Shown one piece after another: positions 10,800-23,632 of a stretch of 64,000 nt of DNA. The notes below the pieces were generated by a model. The model did no database searches, was not told the DNA's origin, and worked only from the letters and a program-made list of their open reading frames with translations. This stretch comes from Octopus bimaculoides (lineage: Eukaryota): assembly GCF_001194135.2 (NCBI RefSeq), contig NC_068991.1, positions 18,075,275 through 18,139,274 of the forward strand. The letters run 5' to 3'. Position 1 is the stretch's first letter; every line of letters starts with the position of its first letter. The position numbers were made by a program, and so were the translations under genes.

Positions 10800-13297
10800 T
10801 GTGTGTTTATAACATATAAAGAGAAGGAATCCCATCTAAATTCAGGTTACTTTATAGGAATATTAACTCTTGGTTTGTAATTTTTATATTTATCATTCTT
10901 ATATAGACTCTGATCCCTATATAATCCCATAATAATCATATATGAAAGATATAGCATCTAAACTCTTCGATAGCTTCTTTTATACCCTTCCAAATTCTTG
11001 AACTACTTCACTCAGTTTTTTAATTGTCACTCCAATGAAACGATAAATATTGAATAATTGCTAAAACGAGTCTTCGGTTTCGAGTCATCACTACTACCCG
11101 GTTTCTAACATTTCTTTTTGAGAGAAGAAATGAACATCACAATCACAATACCTTTTTTTTTCTAAATCAGGAGGCTTTCACTTAAGGAATCGAGGTTTCT
11201 AACCAACAGTTGTACCCAAATTAGGTTGAAATTTAATGGAGAGTCAAAATTAGGAAAATGTTTAGGCATTGTTACACAATAATATAGCTTATGGTAGGGA
11301 GCGAAGTCTGCTCCGTACACGTTTTTATGGTTACGACACTTTTGGGTCTGTTATATATTCTTGGGCAAACGGCAAACTCAAAAGCTACCCCGAGCGGCAC
11401 ACGCTCTAATGCTAAGTCACTGGTGTTGCGTCTTCCACGCCCCTAGTTTTGTTTGACAATCATTGTCAAAAGCACGTGTGAGGAAATAGAGCTAAACAAA
11501 ATACTTCTTAAGACAAGCTGTTCATAGCTCGTGACCGGTGTAAGCCAAACAAGTGATATAGTTTCATAAATATGCAATATAAAATGTCAAATTTAATTTT
11601 CGCAATTTCCAAGGTCGATATAACCGATTGACCACTGTCCAAGGACTAAAACTTGTAAAAGACCGCGCGCGCACATACACACACACAATCGTTTTAACGT
11701 CTATTTTTCCATGCTTGCATGGGCCAGACGAAACTGACCAGTTTTTTCTAGTCAGATACCGTTTCCGTTACCGACCTTCATCTATTTCCAAGTGCAGTAA
11801 CATTTCACCTGGATAGACATGTTCCATGGAAGACTGGAAACGAAGGTCACTGCCTGTGTGATAACGACACCCTCTACAACGATATCAGGACTAGGAAACA
11901 TAAACACACACGTAATGAGAAATTTAATAAAACAACTTTGTCATTAGGGAAATTGTGTGTATGTGTGTGTGTGTGTTTCAAGTTACACAGACACCTCTTT
12001 GATACTCCTGCCATAAAAAATATAATGAATATATATTATAACATATAACTGGTATATATATATATCTAGGCACAGGAGTGGTTGTGTGGTAAGTAGCTTG
12101 CTTACCAACCACATGGTTCCGGATTCAGTCCCACTGTGTGGCACCTTGGACAAGTGTCTTCTACTATAGCCTCGAGCCAACCAAAGCCTTGTGAGTGGAT
12201 TTGGTAGACGGAAACTGAAAGAAGCCCGTCGTATATGTGTATATATGTGTGTGTGTTTGTGTGTCTGTGTTTGTCCCCCCACCATTGCTTGACAACCAAT
12301 GCTGGTGTGTTTGCGTCCCCGTAACTTAGCGGTTTGGCAAAAAGAGACCGGTGGAATAAGTACTAGGCTTACAAAGAATAAATCCTGGGGTTGATTGGCT
12401 CGACTGAGGGCGGTGCTCCAGCATGGCCACAGTCAAATGACTGAAACGACTAAAAGAGTAAATATATATATATTATAACATATAACTGGTCTGTTGGAAA
12501 CCTATGATAACGATACTTTTCTTCATAAAATGCATGATACAAAATAATTTTTGGCATAGTCGACCTCGACTGGTACTTTATTTTATGAACCCCAGAGGGA
12601 TAAAAAGTAAACTTGACCTCTGCATGATTTGAACCCAGAACATGAAAGGCCTGAACAAATATGTCAAGGCATTTTTATCCAACTCTCTGAACAATCTATT
12701 AATCCACTGCCCTTGCAAAATAACTTTTAAAATGTCATAAATGGCTTCAACAAGCAATTGGAAGTGTGCCTCAGTTTCAGCTTGAGTTATTCTCTTTTTC
12801 CAAGGTTCTAGCTATTCAATTGATGAAATACATTAATTTATTATGAAACTAGAATCCACATTCTTATTTTAATGTTATCATTATCACATAATCGAAGACA
12901 AGGAAGAAAGGATGGTCTTTGGCTTTCCATGTTACATTCTTGGCAACTGTAGAAATTAAGAAAATTGCAAACATAATAATCATTAGTTTTTTTATGTTGT
13001 TTAATGTTTTGAGAGATAAAGTCTCTAGAATCATTGAGGCATTCCAAAACCAAGATAAAACTAGCTCTGGCAAGCATAATTCTAGATAGAAGTTGAAGTT
13101 CACAGAGAGGGGCTGTAGAATAGTAAAACATACTGTTTGGCCCCTACTGTGACTGATGCCAAACGTAGACCAACTGCATGTTAAATAATAAAACTTCAGT
13201 TTAACAAAGTGTTTTCAATATTTTGTTCAACCACTATATGTATATATATATTTGTTTTTGTATAAATAGTTTATTTCTTCCTTAATTTTCCAAATAG
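9763..13297 (+). other. ARL2: ARL2 intron 1, U12-type GT-AG intron (3535 nt)
   Basis: 5' splice site GTATCCTT at 9763-9770. U12-like branch site TTCCTTAAT at 13278-13286, 11 nt before the intron's last base (AG 13296-13297). Confidence 0.9.
12069..12460 (+). mobile_element. tRNA-derived SINE, family B, in ARL2 minor intron
   Basis: Head GGCACAGGAGTGG...GGATTCAGTCCC, CORE-like CCTTGGACAAGT box and tail CAGCATGGCC...ATGACTGAAAC; 25-bp flanking duplication at 12029-12053 and 12466-12490. Confidence 0.9.
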
Positions 13298-13408
13298 TGG
13301 CTTAGATAATGCTGGTAAGACAACAGTGCTAAAAAAATTCAATGGTGAAGATGTTGATACCATATCTCCAACTTTAGGCTTTAACATTAAAACTTTAGAA
13401 CATCTCGG
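13298..13408 (+). CDS. ARL2: ARL2 exon 2 (111 nt; P-loop)
   Basis: [36 protein letters not shown](G); aatag| acceptor and GG|gtgagt donor. Confidence 0.97.
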
Positions 13409-13918
13409 GTGAGTTAGTTTTCTTTTTGTTTTCCTTTTATTTTATGCAGTGTTATATATATATATATATATATTTTAAATATTTCTAGTTTTTCAGTCTA
13501 TAGTTGGTTCATTGGATTAAAGAGATTGATAACCTAAGAACTGTGTCTGACACTAAATAGTTAAAAATAAATATATTTCTTTGTAGTCTAGTCTAGTCCA
13601 TTTGGTTATTATTTAACAGTTTTTGTGTGTTTTTGAATAGCCAACATGTATTTGTCATGTAATTATTTTAGTTTTGAAACATGATCTCAGATCAAATCAC
13701 TTGCAAAGCAAGTACGTCTTTGAAATTTAATTAAAATTTCTAAAAAGACTAAAATTTCAGTTTCATTTGTATCATTCTAATTTTGTTTCATGAAAATATG
13801 CCAATAAACATGTCAAATTTTACTGATTTGAAATTTCAAATCAAAGAAACTTTAAAATGATATCCGAAATAATAAGAAAATATATTTCCATTTGTGATTT
13901 TTTTTCCACTCATTTCAG

Positions 13919-14081
13919 TTATAAATTAAACATATGGGATGTTGGTGGCCAAAAGTCTCTCCGTTCCTACTGGAAAAACTACTTTGAATCGACTGATGGT
14001 CTTATCTGGGTTGTTGATAGTGCTGACCGAATGAGGCTGCAGGATTGTAAGCAAGAACTGGATGCTTTATTATTGGAAGAA
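13919..14081 (+). CDS. ARL2: ARL2 exon 3 (163 nt; switch II)
   Basis: [54 protein letters not shown]; tttcag| and GAA|gtcagt. Confidence 0.98.
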
Positions 14082-15415
14082 GTCAGTTGCAATGATTTAT
14101 TCAAATTATTTATTGGTCTTATTTGTTGCTTTTGTTATCACATTCTTTCTTACTATATTGTTCTTGTCCATACCAAGATTTGAACACAGTACTGCAAGGC
14201 AATGGAATATGCACCCAGTTATAGGGTGTCTTGAATTAACTTTAGTTTGGTAGGTTAAATTTCTACAAAAGGCCAACAAATGCTGATGAAGATCTAAATA
14301 AAGCAGAAACTTAAACATCCTTCATGTTGTTATTTTAACTTTGACTGAGTAGACCTAGAAGTTGGATTGTTGTACTTACACTTGTGAGATTGTGGGTTTT
14401 GATTCCTGGACTGTTGTGCTCTTGAGCAAAATACTTTATTTCATGTTTCTCTGCAATCACTTTAACACAACTGATGCATGGCACACTGTACACCTATACT
14501 GGCAATGTCGATTTGATAGAGCGAGTGAGCTTATGTACTACACAAACATTTGTTCAACAAGAAATTTCAGAATCATCTTTTTCGGCAGACTCAAGAGACT
14601 ACCAAGAAGATGATGAAGAAAAGCAGACCTTATGGACCCCTTTGATTCCTATTTTACTCAGGGAGTTGGGGAACCTTCATAGCCATTCAATGCCTAAAAA
14701 CTCCTATTATATTTTTATGATTAAATATTAGGAATTGTATAAAAAAATGTTTAAATATTTTGTGTATTGTAGAAATATAACCAGTTTATTGCACATAAAT
14801 TTTTAATAAAGTCGTATATAGACCCCAGTTGAGAACTACTGTTCTGTATAAACTGTACCTGATAAAAAAAAATGGAATGGTGATACTTTTGATCATAGGC
14901 AAAAAATGGTTGAGAACCACTGATGCAGAACTACATATATTCAGTATCTTATTTCGTTTTTGAAAGAGATTGGGTTCCTGGTTCTAGCTAGTCAAGAGAC
15001 AAGGTTGGGAACAATGGTTTCTAACCTGGGGTCTGTAAACCCCTGGGAGATCCACAAAGTACTGAGGCTCTATGTGCTAAGCTCAAAATTTATTGAGCAG
15101 ACAGACCTTTCAAAAAGCTCACAGGGAAAATTAATTTAGATATAAGGGGTCCTTGGTAATGAAAAGATTGGGAACCATTGATATAGAGGCTCTCATCCTG
15201 ATTTGTAGACATCTTTAATATTTGTGAAGGTAGCATGTTTTTTCTTTTCAAATCATTTCTTAAACTGTTTAATCTCTAAAATTTATTTCGACCTTTTATA
15301 TCTTTTTGTGAGATGCCATAATTCCAAGCATAGAGGGTTAAAATTTGTAGAACATTTTTCTTAAAAAATTAGTTGACACATTTAATTCTAATAATTTACT
15401 TTTTTCTACTTACAG

Positions 15416-15496
15416 CGATTAGCAGATGCAACACTACTAGTTTTTGCAAACAAACAAGACTTACCTGGTGCTCTTAAAGCCGAAGAAATCAGAGAG
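15416..15496 (+). CDS. ARL2: ARL2 exon 4 (81 nt; NKQD motif)
   Basis: [27 protein letters not shown]; ttacag| and GAG|gtaact. Confidence 0.97.
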
Positions 15497-15885
15497 GTAA
15501 CTTTTGTTTGTTTCATTTTAATTTTTTTCAGTTGTTCCATCTTATCATAAATGTGATGGGTTTTTTCTTTACAAAATATGATCTTTTGCATATTATTGGA
15601 TCAGTAGGTAGTTTTACATGTGGATGCCATCCTCACCACGTTTTACTATCTTTTTCAGCATACAAGTTGACATAGAGTACAGTGTAAACATGTGAAAACA
15701 TTCAAACATTGTGACTATTTTTCCAAATTTATGCTGCATTTCACATGGAATTTTTGATCCTCCAAAGTTGCCTTGGCATATAAATTGAACAATCTTTTTT
15801 TGGTCTGAAAAATTCAACTTGTATGCTGGAAAATATGGTAATGATTTATCTACAAAGCATAAATGGGACTAATCATCAGTTAAGC

Positions 15886-16142
15886 CAGGGGTTTTCAAAC
15901 TGTGGTCCACGGACAGCAAATACTTTTTATGGGCAATTTGATTTTATATATGTTTTTTAATCGAAATCTTTTAATTGACAATAAACCTATTTGTTAAATA
16001 CTGTCAAATAAATAAATGTAAAAATATATGTTATTTTAAGCAAATATTTATGTATAAATTTCATAAGCATTTATAAGGGGGTCTCTAAGGTAAAGCCTGA
16101 AATATAAAGGGGTCCGCAAGTCAAAAAGTTTGAAAACCCCTG
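15886..16142. mobile_element. hAT (Charlie-like) MITE in ARL2 intron 4
   Basis: Perfect 16-bp TIR CAGGGGTTTTCAAACT; perfect 8-bp TSD AGTTAAGC at 15878-15885 and 16143-16150. Confidence 0.92.
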
Positions 16143-16537
16143 AGTTAAGCAACACAATGTGTTGCTTAACTGATGACGATGGCTAATGTTAAGATTTGAC
16201 CATATCATCAATGGTCAAGCTTTGTAACCTTATAACCATTGTGTCTGTGTACAGATAATGTTTAATCAATTATCTGAGGTACCAATGACAGTGACCAACC
16301 TTTTCCAGTTTCTCCTTTAGACTGATGATCAAGTAGATGGTATCAAGTCCCAGTTTGTGAAGGATGCTGGCATCAATAGATTTACCCACTTATCTATGAG
16401 GGGCAGAAGACACACAATTTCTCTCAACCATTTTCCTTTCATTCTTTCATACAGACACACTATCATTTACCCCCTATCCTGACCATTCGCATTCATAACC
16501 CTTCAAATGTAACAAGTCCCTCTTATTTTCTTTATAG

Positions 16538-16672
16538 ATTTTAAAACTGGACAACATAAAATCTCACCATTGGCTAATACTTGACTGTAGTGCCCTGACT
16601 GGAGAGAATTTACTGCAAGGGATGGATTGGTTAATTGGAGACATTGCGAGTCGAATATTTACCATGGACTGA
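16538..16672 (+). CDS. ARL2: ARL2 exon 5 (135 nt including TGA)
   Basis: [44 protein letters not shown]. Exons sum to 65+111+163+81+135 = 555 nt = 184 aa, the length of human ARL2. Confidence 0.97.
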   Translation: MLKLDNIKSHHWLILDCSALTGENLLQGMDWLIGDIASRIFTMD

Positions 16673-16840
16673 ACACTAACAGCTCATTTTTTTTCATTCA
16701 TCGGAAATTAAATTAAATGTTTCCCAAAATGTTGTAAATGTTGACTTTTTATTCATACTACTAAGGTTCACATAGCATTAAAATTGTGTATATGTACACC
16801 CACACACAGTCTTCTTTTTTATTTCACTATGCTGTACTGT

Positions 16841-16846
16841 ATTAAA
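16841..16846 (+). terminator. ARL2: Candidate ARL2 polyadenylation signal (ATTAAA)
   Basis: ATTAAA about 170 nt after the stop, followed by a T-rich element at about 16870-16895. Other ATTAAA copies lie nearer the stop. Confidence 0.4.
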
Positions 16847-17289
16847 TATTCACCCATCTTTAAATAGTTCTTTTAGCATAGTTTTTTTTTTTCTAGGAGA
16901 TGAGGGATTCTTAGTCCCTTTGTGCAGAAATATTTTGTCATTCCTGAAGAAGAGGCTACTGTGTTTTTCGTGGGCATTTTCACAGCACAAAGTACTTCAT
17001 TCAAAGAGAATACTTTTGCTGCTAGCAAAAATAAGATCCCTGAACATTTCCCTTTATTCTGGCTACTAAGCTTCCATAACACTCATCTCCACTGTTAATT
17101 AAATTACGAAGGTAACATAAACTGTCAACTAATTCCAAAGAACACTCCAAACATTTGGAAAAAAATTTATGTCAGCCGACTTGTGATCCCACTGCATCTC
17201 TTGTTCACTCATAACTTGGTATATAACACAGTGTACCTACCTACACCTATTCTGTATATTGAGGTCACCACTCTGTTAGCAGTAGGGTC

Positions 17290-18770
17290 ATTTATTCTTT
17301 TCAGTTGAGTAAAACTTTTGCAAAATTTACTTTGAAGCATCTTGATTTTAGGTCTTGCTGTTTGGAATTTCTTCTCTAACTCTTTGACCGACTCAATTGA
17401 GAGGTCATAAAGGAATTCCCATGGTCTTAAACTCTTCTGTTATAGACTGAAGAATTACAACAAACAGGAAAGAGGGTTGAGAATTGAACCCTGATGGATA
17501 CTTACCTGCAAGCTAAATTCTTCTTTAGTACCTTGATGACAGCATCTCTGTACATGGATTGCATGGCTTTCACAAGCCATACAACTACTACTAGCTTTAT
17601 TTTAATGACCACCAGACTGGAGAGCATGGTACCTTCTTCATTCTGAAGAATGCTAAGTATAGTGGAATTATCTGTAATTTTTTCATTAGGAAGAGGACAC
17701 TGGTTATACTTCAACTCAGCATAACTCTGAATGATGGGCCATCTTAGCTAATTCTCTTCCTAATCAGTTATGTTATAATTCTTTCTGTTGCTTTCATAAC
17801 ATAGTCCATTAATTTGATACTCCTGTACTTGCTTCTTTCTAGAACTTCTCTACTTTTGAATCGTTAGAACTGACGTCTCAAATCCTACAAACATACTGGT
17901 TGATGTGTGTTCTACTTCATTACATATTTTTAGCATCTCAGTGACTATTTTTGATGGTCCAGTTGCTTTCCTTGTATTTATATCTTGTCAACTTCAATAG
18001 ATGGTCAGTCTGTTGTATCTACTTGAGGCAGTATCTCACTGCCTGTGACAAGAAGATCAAAAAGAAACATGAGGTGTTCTGCATTGCAAAGCAAGCATCT
18101 TGTTTCCAATTTCTCTTTTTGATATGTAAACTTAACATCTAGTTTCCTAATGCCATTCCTTACTCTCTGCTCTTCTTTTGAACTTTGCTTGTTACTTTTA
18201 TGATTCTATCTATTGCATCATTTCTCTCCTCTATGTCACCTTCCATCAAGCTGGAACCTTGATCCATCCACAGATCTTGTCAGTACCTTATAGCAAGTTG
18301 GCTCATAGAATCTTCCAGCTGTCTTCTGTTATAAGTCTCTAAGTTTCTCTTTGTTACATGTATTGAGTAATACCTCTTTGAATTTAACTATGACTGGAAA
18401 ATCTTTTGGTTTTGATACCCTCTTTCTCAATACTGACTTGTGTCTCTAGGTCCATTTAACTATTAGACTGATGACCAGTAACTTCAGAATATATTGAATG
18501 AGACATTCTTCACTATCAAGGAGTACTTAACATGTACAGTCTGTTGTCTATCCCATTTCCTGGTGAATACCAAGTTTATCTAGCCTTCATATTCATCAAT
18601 TGGTTTAATGATCAGGTGGATGGTTAGTTTCCAAATAGGACATTTGTATCACAAAACTCCAAGAGCTTTCACTTCTCTTTATTCTTTGTACCATATCTAT
18701 AGCAGCCATCATGGCATTGTCCAACACACCCTTTAATCTTTCGATACCAATTCCCCTTGGTTCTAAGATA
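17290..18770 (-). mobile_element. Heavily decayed RTE-clade LINE fragment (endonuclease remnant to RT)
   Basis: Remnants WLVKAMQSMYRDA and LQSITEEFKT match the intact RT at 63739; an RYGTKN-like endonuclease remnant lies near 18700. Many stops and indels; boundaries approximate. Confidence 0.65.
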
Positions 18771-20194
18771 CAGTTCTTGTTCTTTAATTGCCCTAAATTT
18801 AAACCTCCATCAAAATTTCATGCTAATTTTATATTCCAGACACCAGTTTAATAATAAACTTATTTTACTAAATTTTTCATTATTTTCAAAATTAATTGAA
18901 GTAAAAGACAGTGCATTTCAATAGAAATATTGTAACAGAAGAATTAAAGTCATCAGCTGTAATAATGGGGTTTCTTGTAGTCTGCAAGAGGACTTCATAA
19001 AAACGATCCTATTACTCCTCTATTAGTTTTGATTGCAGTACATATGCAGGGATCCTCATTACTCTTGCCTATGACAAATATAAGCTTAATTCTTCTTTTA
19101 CATACCTTAGTTACTTATAGTATTTCTTTGCCAACATTATGCCTAATCCACTCACAGCTGTAAAGCAGACATAGCTCAGTTGCTATGAAATGGGACTGCT
19201 AGCTGAGATATCAGCAGTTTGTATCATGTACTGCATTATATTTTTGTCTGAAACCCTTAATCCTAATGTGCCCAAGCTAACTATTTATAGATACCATTAA
19301 GGTAGGAATTACTGCTTTGCACTGCATCTCAAAAGGTCAACCCACAGGCAAAGAACAGATAAAAAACTAAATAACAGCAGTATTATATACTGACAAATAT
19401 TTTGTAAGTTTGTAGTACCAAGTACAGTGGTAGATATGTTGATATAAAAATAACTGGATGGGTAGAGAAAAATACCTAGAAATGTCTGCTTCATTGAGAA
19501 TAATTATTTGCTAAATGAGCAAGTATGATCAGAGAAGGTAGACAACTTTGAAATTTTAATTAGCTATGAAATGTAGAGGGGAGTGTGTCTGACAGTACAG
19601 TGACAATGTCTCAATCTCATTAGAGTTCTTCAGCGAAGTAGAGCTTAACCATTACTAGCAGATGTTAAATGACTTGAGGATTTTTGTGAATAAAATAGAA
19701 TGTAGGTATAGCTTGGTGACAGGTCTCTACCAAGCTGACTTCCTTTCGACACGTTTGTGAAAACCAAACACCTTGAGTGGATTATTAGTTTTAGTCCAGT
19801 GAAATTGACCACGATCCACTGGTGAGAGAAACTAAGGTAAACAATATTTAAGTTAGTATTAATATATTTAATTCTGTGATTATTAAAATGTTCACTAAAA
19901 AAAAAAAAAACGGCTAATATTGTCTTAGCCATTTTGACAAATATGGGAGACAACTCTGGAATGTTTTTTTTTTTTATTGCATAAGGCTTTTTGTCAATTC
20001 TGAGTTGACCATACGCCTACATATACGGTGCAATCGTTGGCAAAATTTTAGGGAGTCAAGCAGTAGCTCACACATGGAAGTCTCTACTCTCCACACTACT
20101 AAAGTTGTCCAATGAAAAGGCAAAGCATGAACCAATATGGTTTTATACCATTTGTCACAGGTGTTGCTGTCAGAATGCAGAATCACAACAAATA

Positions 20195-20409
20195 TCGGTT
20201 TCAAATTCTGGAGTCAAGACCAGCAATTTCGGAGGGTGGGGGCGCAAGTCGATTACATTGACCTCAGCACTCCACTGGTACTTATTTTATCGACTCTAAA
20301 AGGATGAAGGACAAAGTCGACCTTAGTGGAATTTGAACTCATAACTTAAAGACAGACGAAATGTGACCTGGCATTTTACCTGGCGTGCTAACAGTTCTGC
20401 CAGCTTGCC
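20195..20409 (-). mobile_element. Short tRNA-derived SINE, family D
   Basis: Head GGCAAGCTGGCAGAA...GAGTTCAAATTCC; core CCTTCATCCTTT...GTCGATAAAATAAGTACCAGT. Confidence 0.8.
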
Positions 20410-20454
20410 TCAACAAACACCAAATACTGCAAGGCATCCTGTCTGATACTAACA

Positions 20455-21100
20455 CAGGAGTTCTCAACCATTTTTCAGCTATGGACCCCTTTAACTACTA
20501 TTTTATTCTGGTGGACCACCACAGCCATTTGATGGTTAAAAACTAGATTTTCAGATACTTTAAAAATTCGTATTTTGTTGTTCACACATTTATGTAGGTT
20601 GAATTATGCGAAATGTCTGAGAAAGAAACCTAGCTGTTTCTTGCAATACATACCAATACATACATCTAAAGCAAAATTTTTTCAGGAGCCATTAATAAGA
20701 TATTGTGGATCCCCAATTTACTATTTTGTTGTGTCGTCGTCGTTTAACGTCCGCTTTCCATGCTAGCATGGGTTGGACGATTTGACTGAGGACTGGTGAA
20801 ACCAGATGGCTACACCAGGCTCCAATCTGATTTGGCAGTGTTTCTACAGCTGGATGCCCTTCCTAACACCAACCACTCAGAGAGTGTAGTGGGTGCTTTT
20901 ACGTATTACCCGCACGAAGGTCAGTCAGGCGGTACTGGCAACGGCCACGCTCATCTCGCTCGAGAAACCTCATGTGTCACCTGCACAAGAGCCAGTCTAG
21001 GGGCACCAGCAACGATCTCGCTTGAAAATCCGACAACAACCCCACACAAGAGCCAGTTCAGCCCCAAAAATCTTATATGAACTCTGGTTGAGAACCACTG
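20455..21100. mobile_element. hAT MITE carrying a family C insertion
   Basis: TIRs CAGGAGTTCTCAACC and GGTTGAGAACCACTG; TSD degenerate. Confidence 0.7.
20732..21025 (-). mobile_element. RTE-type LINE 3' end or RTE-tailed SINE (family C), nested in a hAT MITE
   Basis: Element ends ...CCAACCCATGCTAGCATGGAAAGCGGACGTTAAAC(GAC/GAT)n; the same tail occurs at 26450, 39109, 52728 and 59073. Confidence 0.8.
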
Positions 21101-22385
21101 CTCTAAAGGTTCTACTAACTCTGGTTGTTACTTTTTTCTTTTAATATCAAACCCTTAAAGGATAACAGGCATAGGTGACATTGGCAATGTTTTGAATTCA
21201 TAGTGCAGCATTGTAACAAATAGCACAAGACTTTCTACTTAATGGTTCTGCCAATTTGCCTTCTTATTATGATCTAATAAACAAATATAGACTTCACTGT
21301 ACTTGCTGAAGTAGTGATGAGTGAATCACTATTGTAACTTGTTGCCATACCACAATTATTGAAAACTGTGATAAATTAAATGTTGATTCATACATATAAT
21401 CTACTTTTATCACAGTAGATATGACATGGCTCTCTGGATAAGGTATTGGACAATCAGCTCATAGGCAGTGAGTTCATATCTGCTGTTAGTGATTTGATGT
21501 TTCTACAGAAAGTATTTAAGTCTACCTAATTCAGTTTAACTAGCTGTCAAGTGTACCTACACTAAACCAATATCCTATCTTTTACGAGCTACATACCATG
21601 AAACTGGAACTTAGCCACAGCTTTCTAAAGCCCTCTGTGTTCATAAATACAATTAGATCTTATTGTTAAACTATTGATAGGACTGATGAAACAGAATTGT
21701 AATGTGCATGATGGTGGAGGTGGGACTTCTATTATGGGCGACTATGGTTTGAAGGCTGCAAGGTGGAAAAACACCTACATGTGCAGTCAGCTGCTTACTT
21801 AAGTGAACTGTATCTCATTCCAGTTATTGTTTACAAGTAAAATGACTGAGTGAGTGATAAAATATAGCACCAGTAAAAAAAAATATGAATCACTACTTTA
21901 TCAGTCAACAATCTGATACCCTAGTAATCCAGCCAGATGTAAACCTGTTGAAAATGATAATAAAAGGACTGTTATAAAACCTTGCTCCAATTACAGTGCC
22001 TGATACATATATAACACCCAACTCATTCTCTTCTCACTCATCTATCCTACTTGTCATCATCAACAGTAGCAGTAGCTCTCACACGAACTGACTAATTCAT
22101 GAATTCAGAGTCTTAGCAATGGACATTTCACTATTCCATAATTCTTTAAAATCCGCCTGCTGTATGACATTTGGGAGTAGATCAAATAATGATCTCACTG
22201 TCAAATGATGTCAAATCAAGGAAAGAAGCTCCTTCATGGTGGATCAGCCTGCAGCCAATTCTTGTTCAAGTTACACTCCACTGTCTTAACCCTTTACTTA
22301 CTGTGTTGAGATAGTTACCTTTATTTTAAAAATGATTTAGTAAAATAGCTTTGTTGTTATTAAGCTAGTGTTTAGAATATAAATT

Positions 22386-22762
22386 GTGTGGAGGTGCAAT
22401 GGCCCAGTAGTTAGGGCAGCGGACTCGCGGTCATAGGATCGCGGTTTCGATTCCCAGACCAGGCGTTGTGAGTGTTTATTGAGCGAAAACACCTAAAGCT
22501 CCATGAGGCTCCGGCAGGGGATGGTGGTGAACCCTGCTGTACTCTTCTACCACAACTTTCTCTTCCTGTTTCTGTTGTACCTGTAATTCAAAGGGCCAGC
22601 CTTGTCACACTGTGTCACACTGAATATCCCCGAGAACTATGTTAAGGGTACACGTGTCTGTGGAGTGCTCAGCCACTTGCACGTTAATTTCACGAGCAGG
22701 CTGTTCCGTTGATCGGATCGACTGGAACCCTCGACGTCGTAAGCGACGGAGTGCCAACAACA
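22386..22762 (+). mobile_element. tRNA-derived SINE, family A, inside an older TTAA-bounded MITE-like repeat
   Basis: A and B boxes and (AAC)n tail; 12-bp TSD AGAA(T/C)ATAAATT at 22374-22385 and 22763-22774. Confidence 0.92.
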
Positions 22763-23395
22763 AGAACATAAATTAACATGGAATTTTGCTGAAAAGTTTT
22801 AGTTTAGATCACTTTTGTTATGATCTGTTCAAATATGCTGCCTTCGTTTCAGTTAGATTTGAAAATAATGAAGAATTTAGTAAATAACTTTCTCATTCAA
22901 TATCTGGTGCTTGGAACATAAATGAACACAAAATTTTTATGGAAGGCTTGAATTTAGACCACTTTAGATCAGGAAGTTTCTATCACAGAACCAAAGTGGT
23001 CTAAGGCAGGTTGGTATTAAAAGAATTAGATAAGGGGAGAATATATTAGCAATGTTTTATAAAACCCCTAGAAATGTGGAATGGTCATGATCATTGGTTT
23101 TGCTTGATTGGGGTTGACCTGAAGCTAAATAGTAACAAATTATTGACTTAACTACCAAATGCTGACATCTGTGCTAAATCGAATGCTCTAAAGCACAGTG
23201 ATAACGCTTGTGGTTAACCAACTATTGACCTAAATGTTATGTAGCAAAGCAGATGTCCTGAATGATGACATCACTAATGACACTTGTGATAAATCGTATG
23301 TTGTCTTGGCAAATGAACATGTTGTGAACCAAGTGTTGACCTTACTGACAAATGATGAAGTTTGAACTAAGCGAAAGATTAATGAACCTCTGGAT

Positions 23396-23632
23396 CAATG
23401 GTTCTTAACCCTATTTTACCTATGAATTCCTTTGAATCTTATTTTAATGAAGTGAACCCTTCTAGCCATTCAATGTTTAAAAAATTCTATTATATTTTTT
23501 ATTATCAAATGTTATTAGGAATTGTATTTTTAAAAAATTGTTGAAATATTTAGTGCATTGTAGAAGTATAAGCAATTTATTGCTCATAAATTTAACACAA
23601 AATCTTATATGGACTCCAGCTGAGAACCATTG
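23396..23632. mobile_element. hAT MITE
   Basis: TIRs CAATGGTTCTTAACC and AGCTGAGAACCATTG; TSD CTCTGGAT/CTCTAGAT (7/8). Confidence 0.8.

Noticed and set aside
14474-14731. Acidic ORF (SADSRDYQEDDEEK) in ARL2 intron 3 as a cassette exon
   Set aside because: Better explained as the (GAT/GAA)n tail of a decayed SINE running into a hAT MITE remnant.
23237-23365. 43-aa protein-like ORF MLCSKADVLNDDITNDTCDKSYVVLANEHVVNQVLTLLTNDEV
   Set aside because: No recognisable homology or partner exons; lies among decayed repeats.
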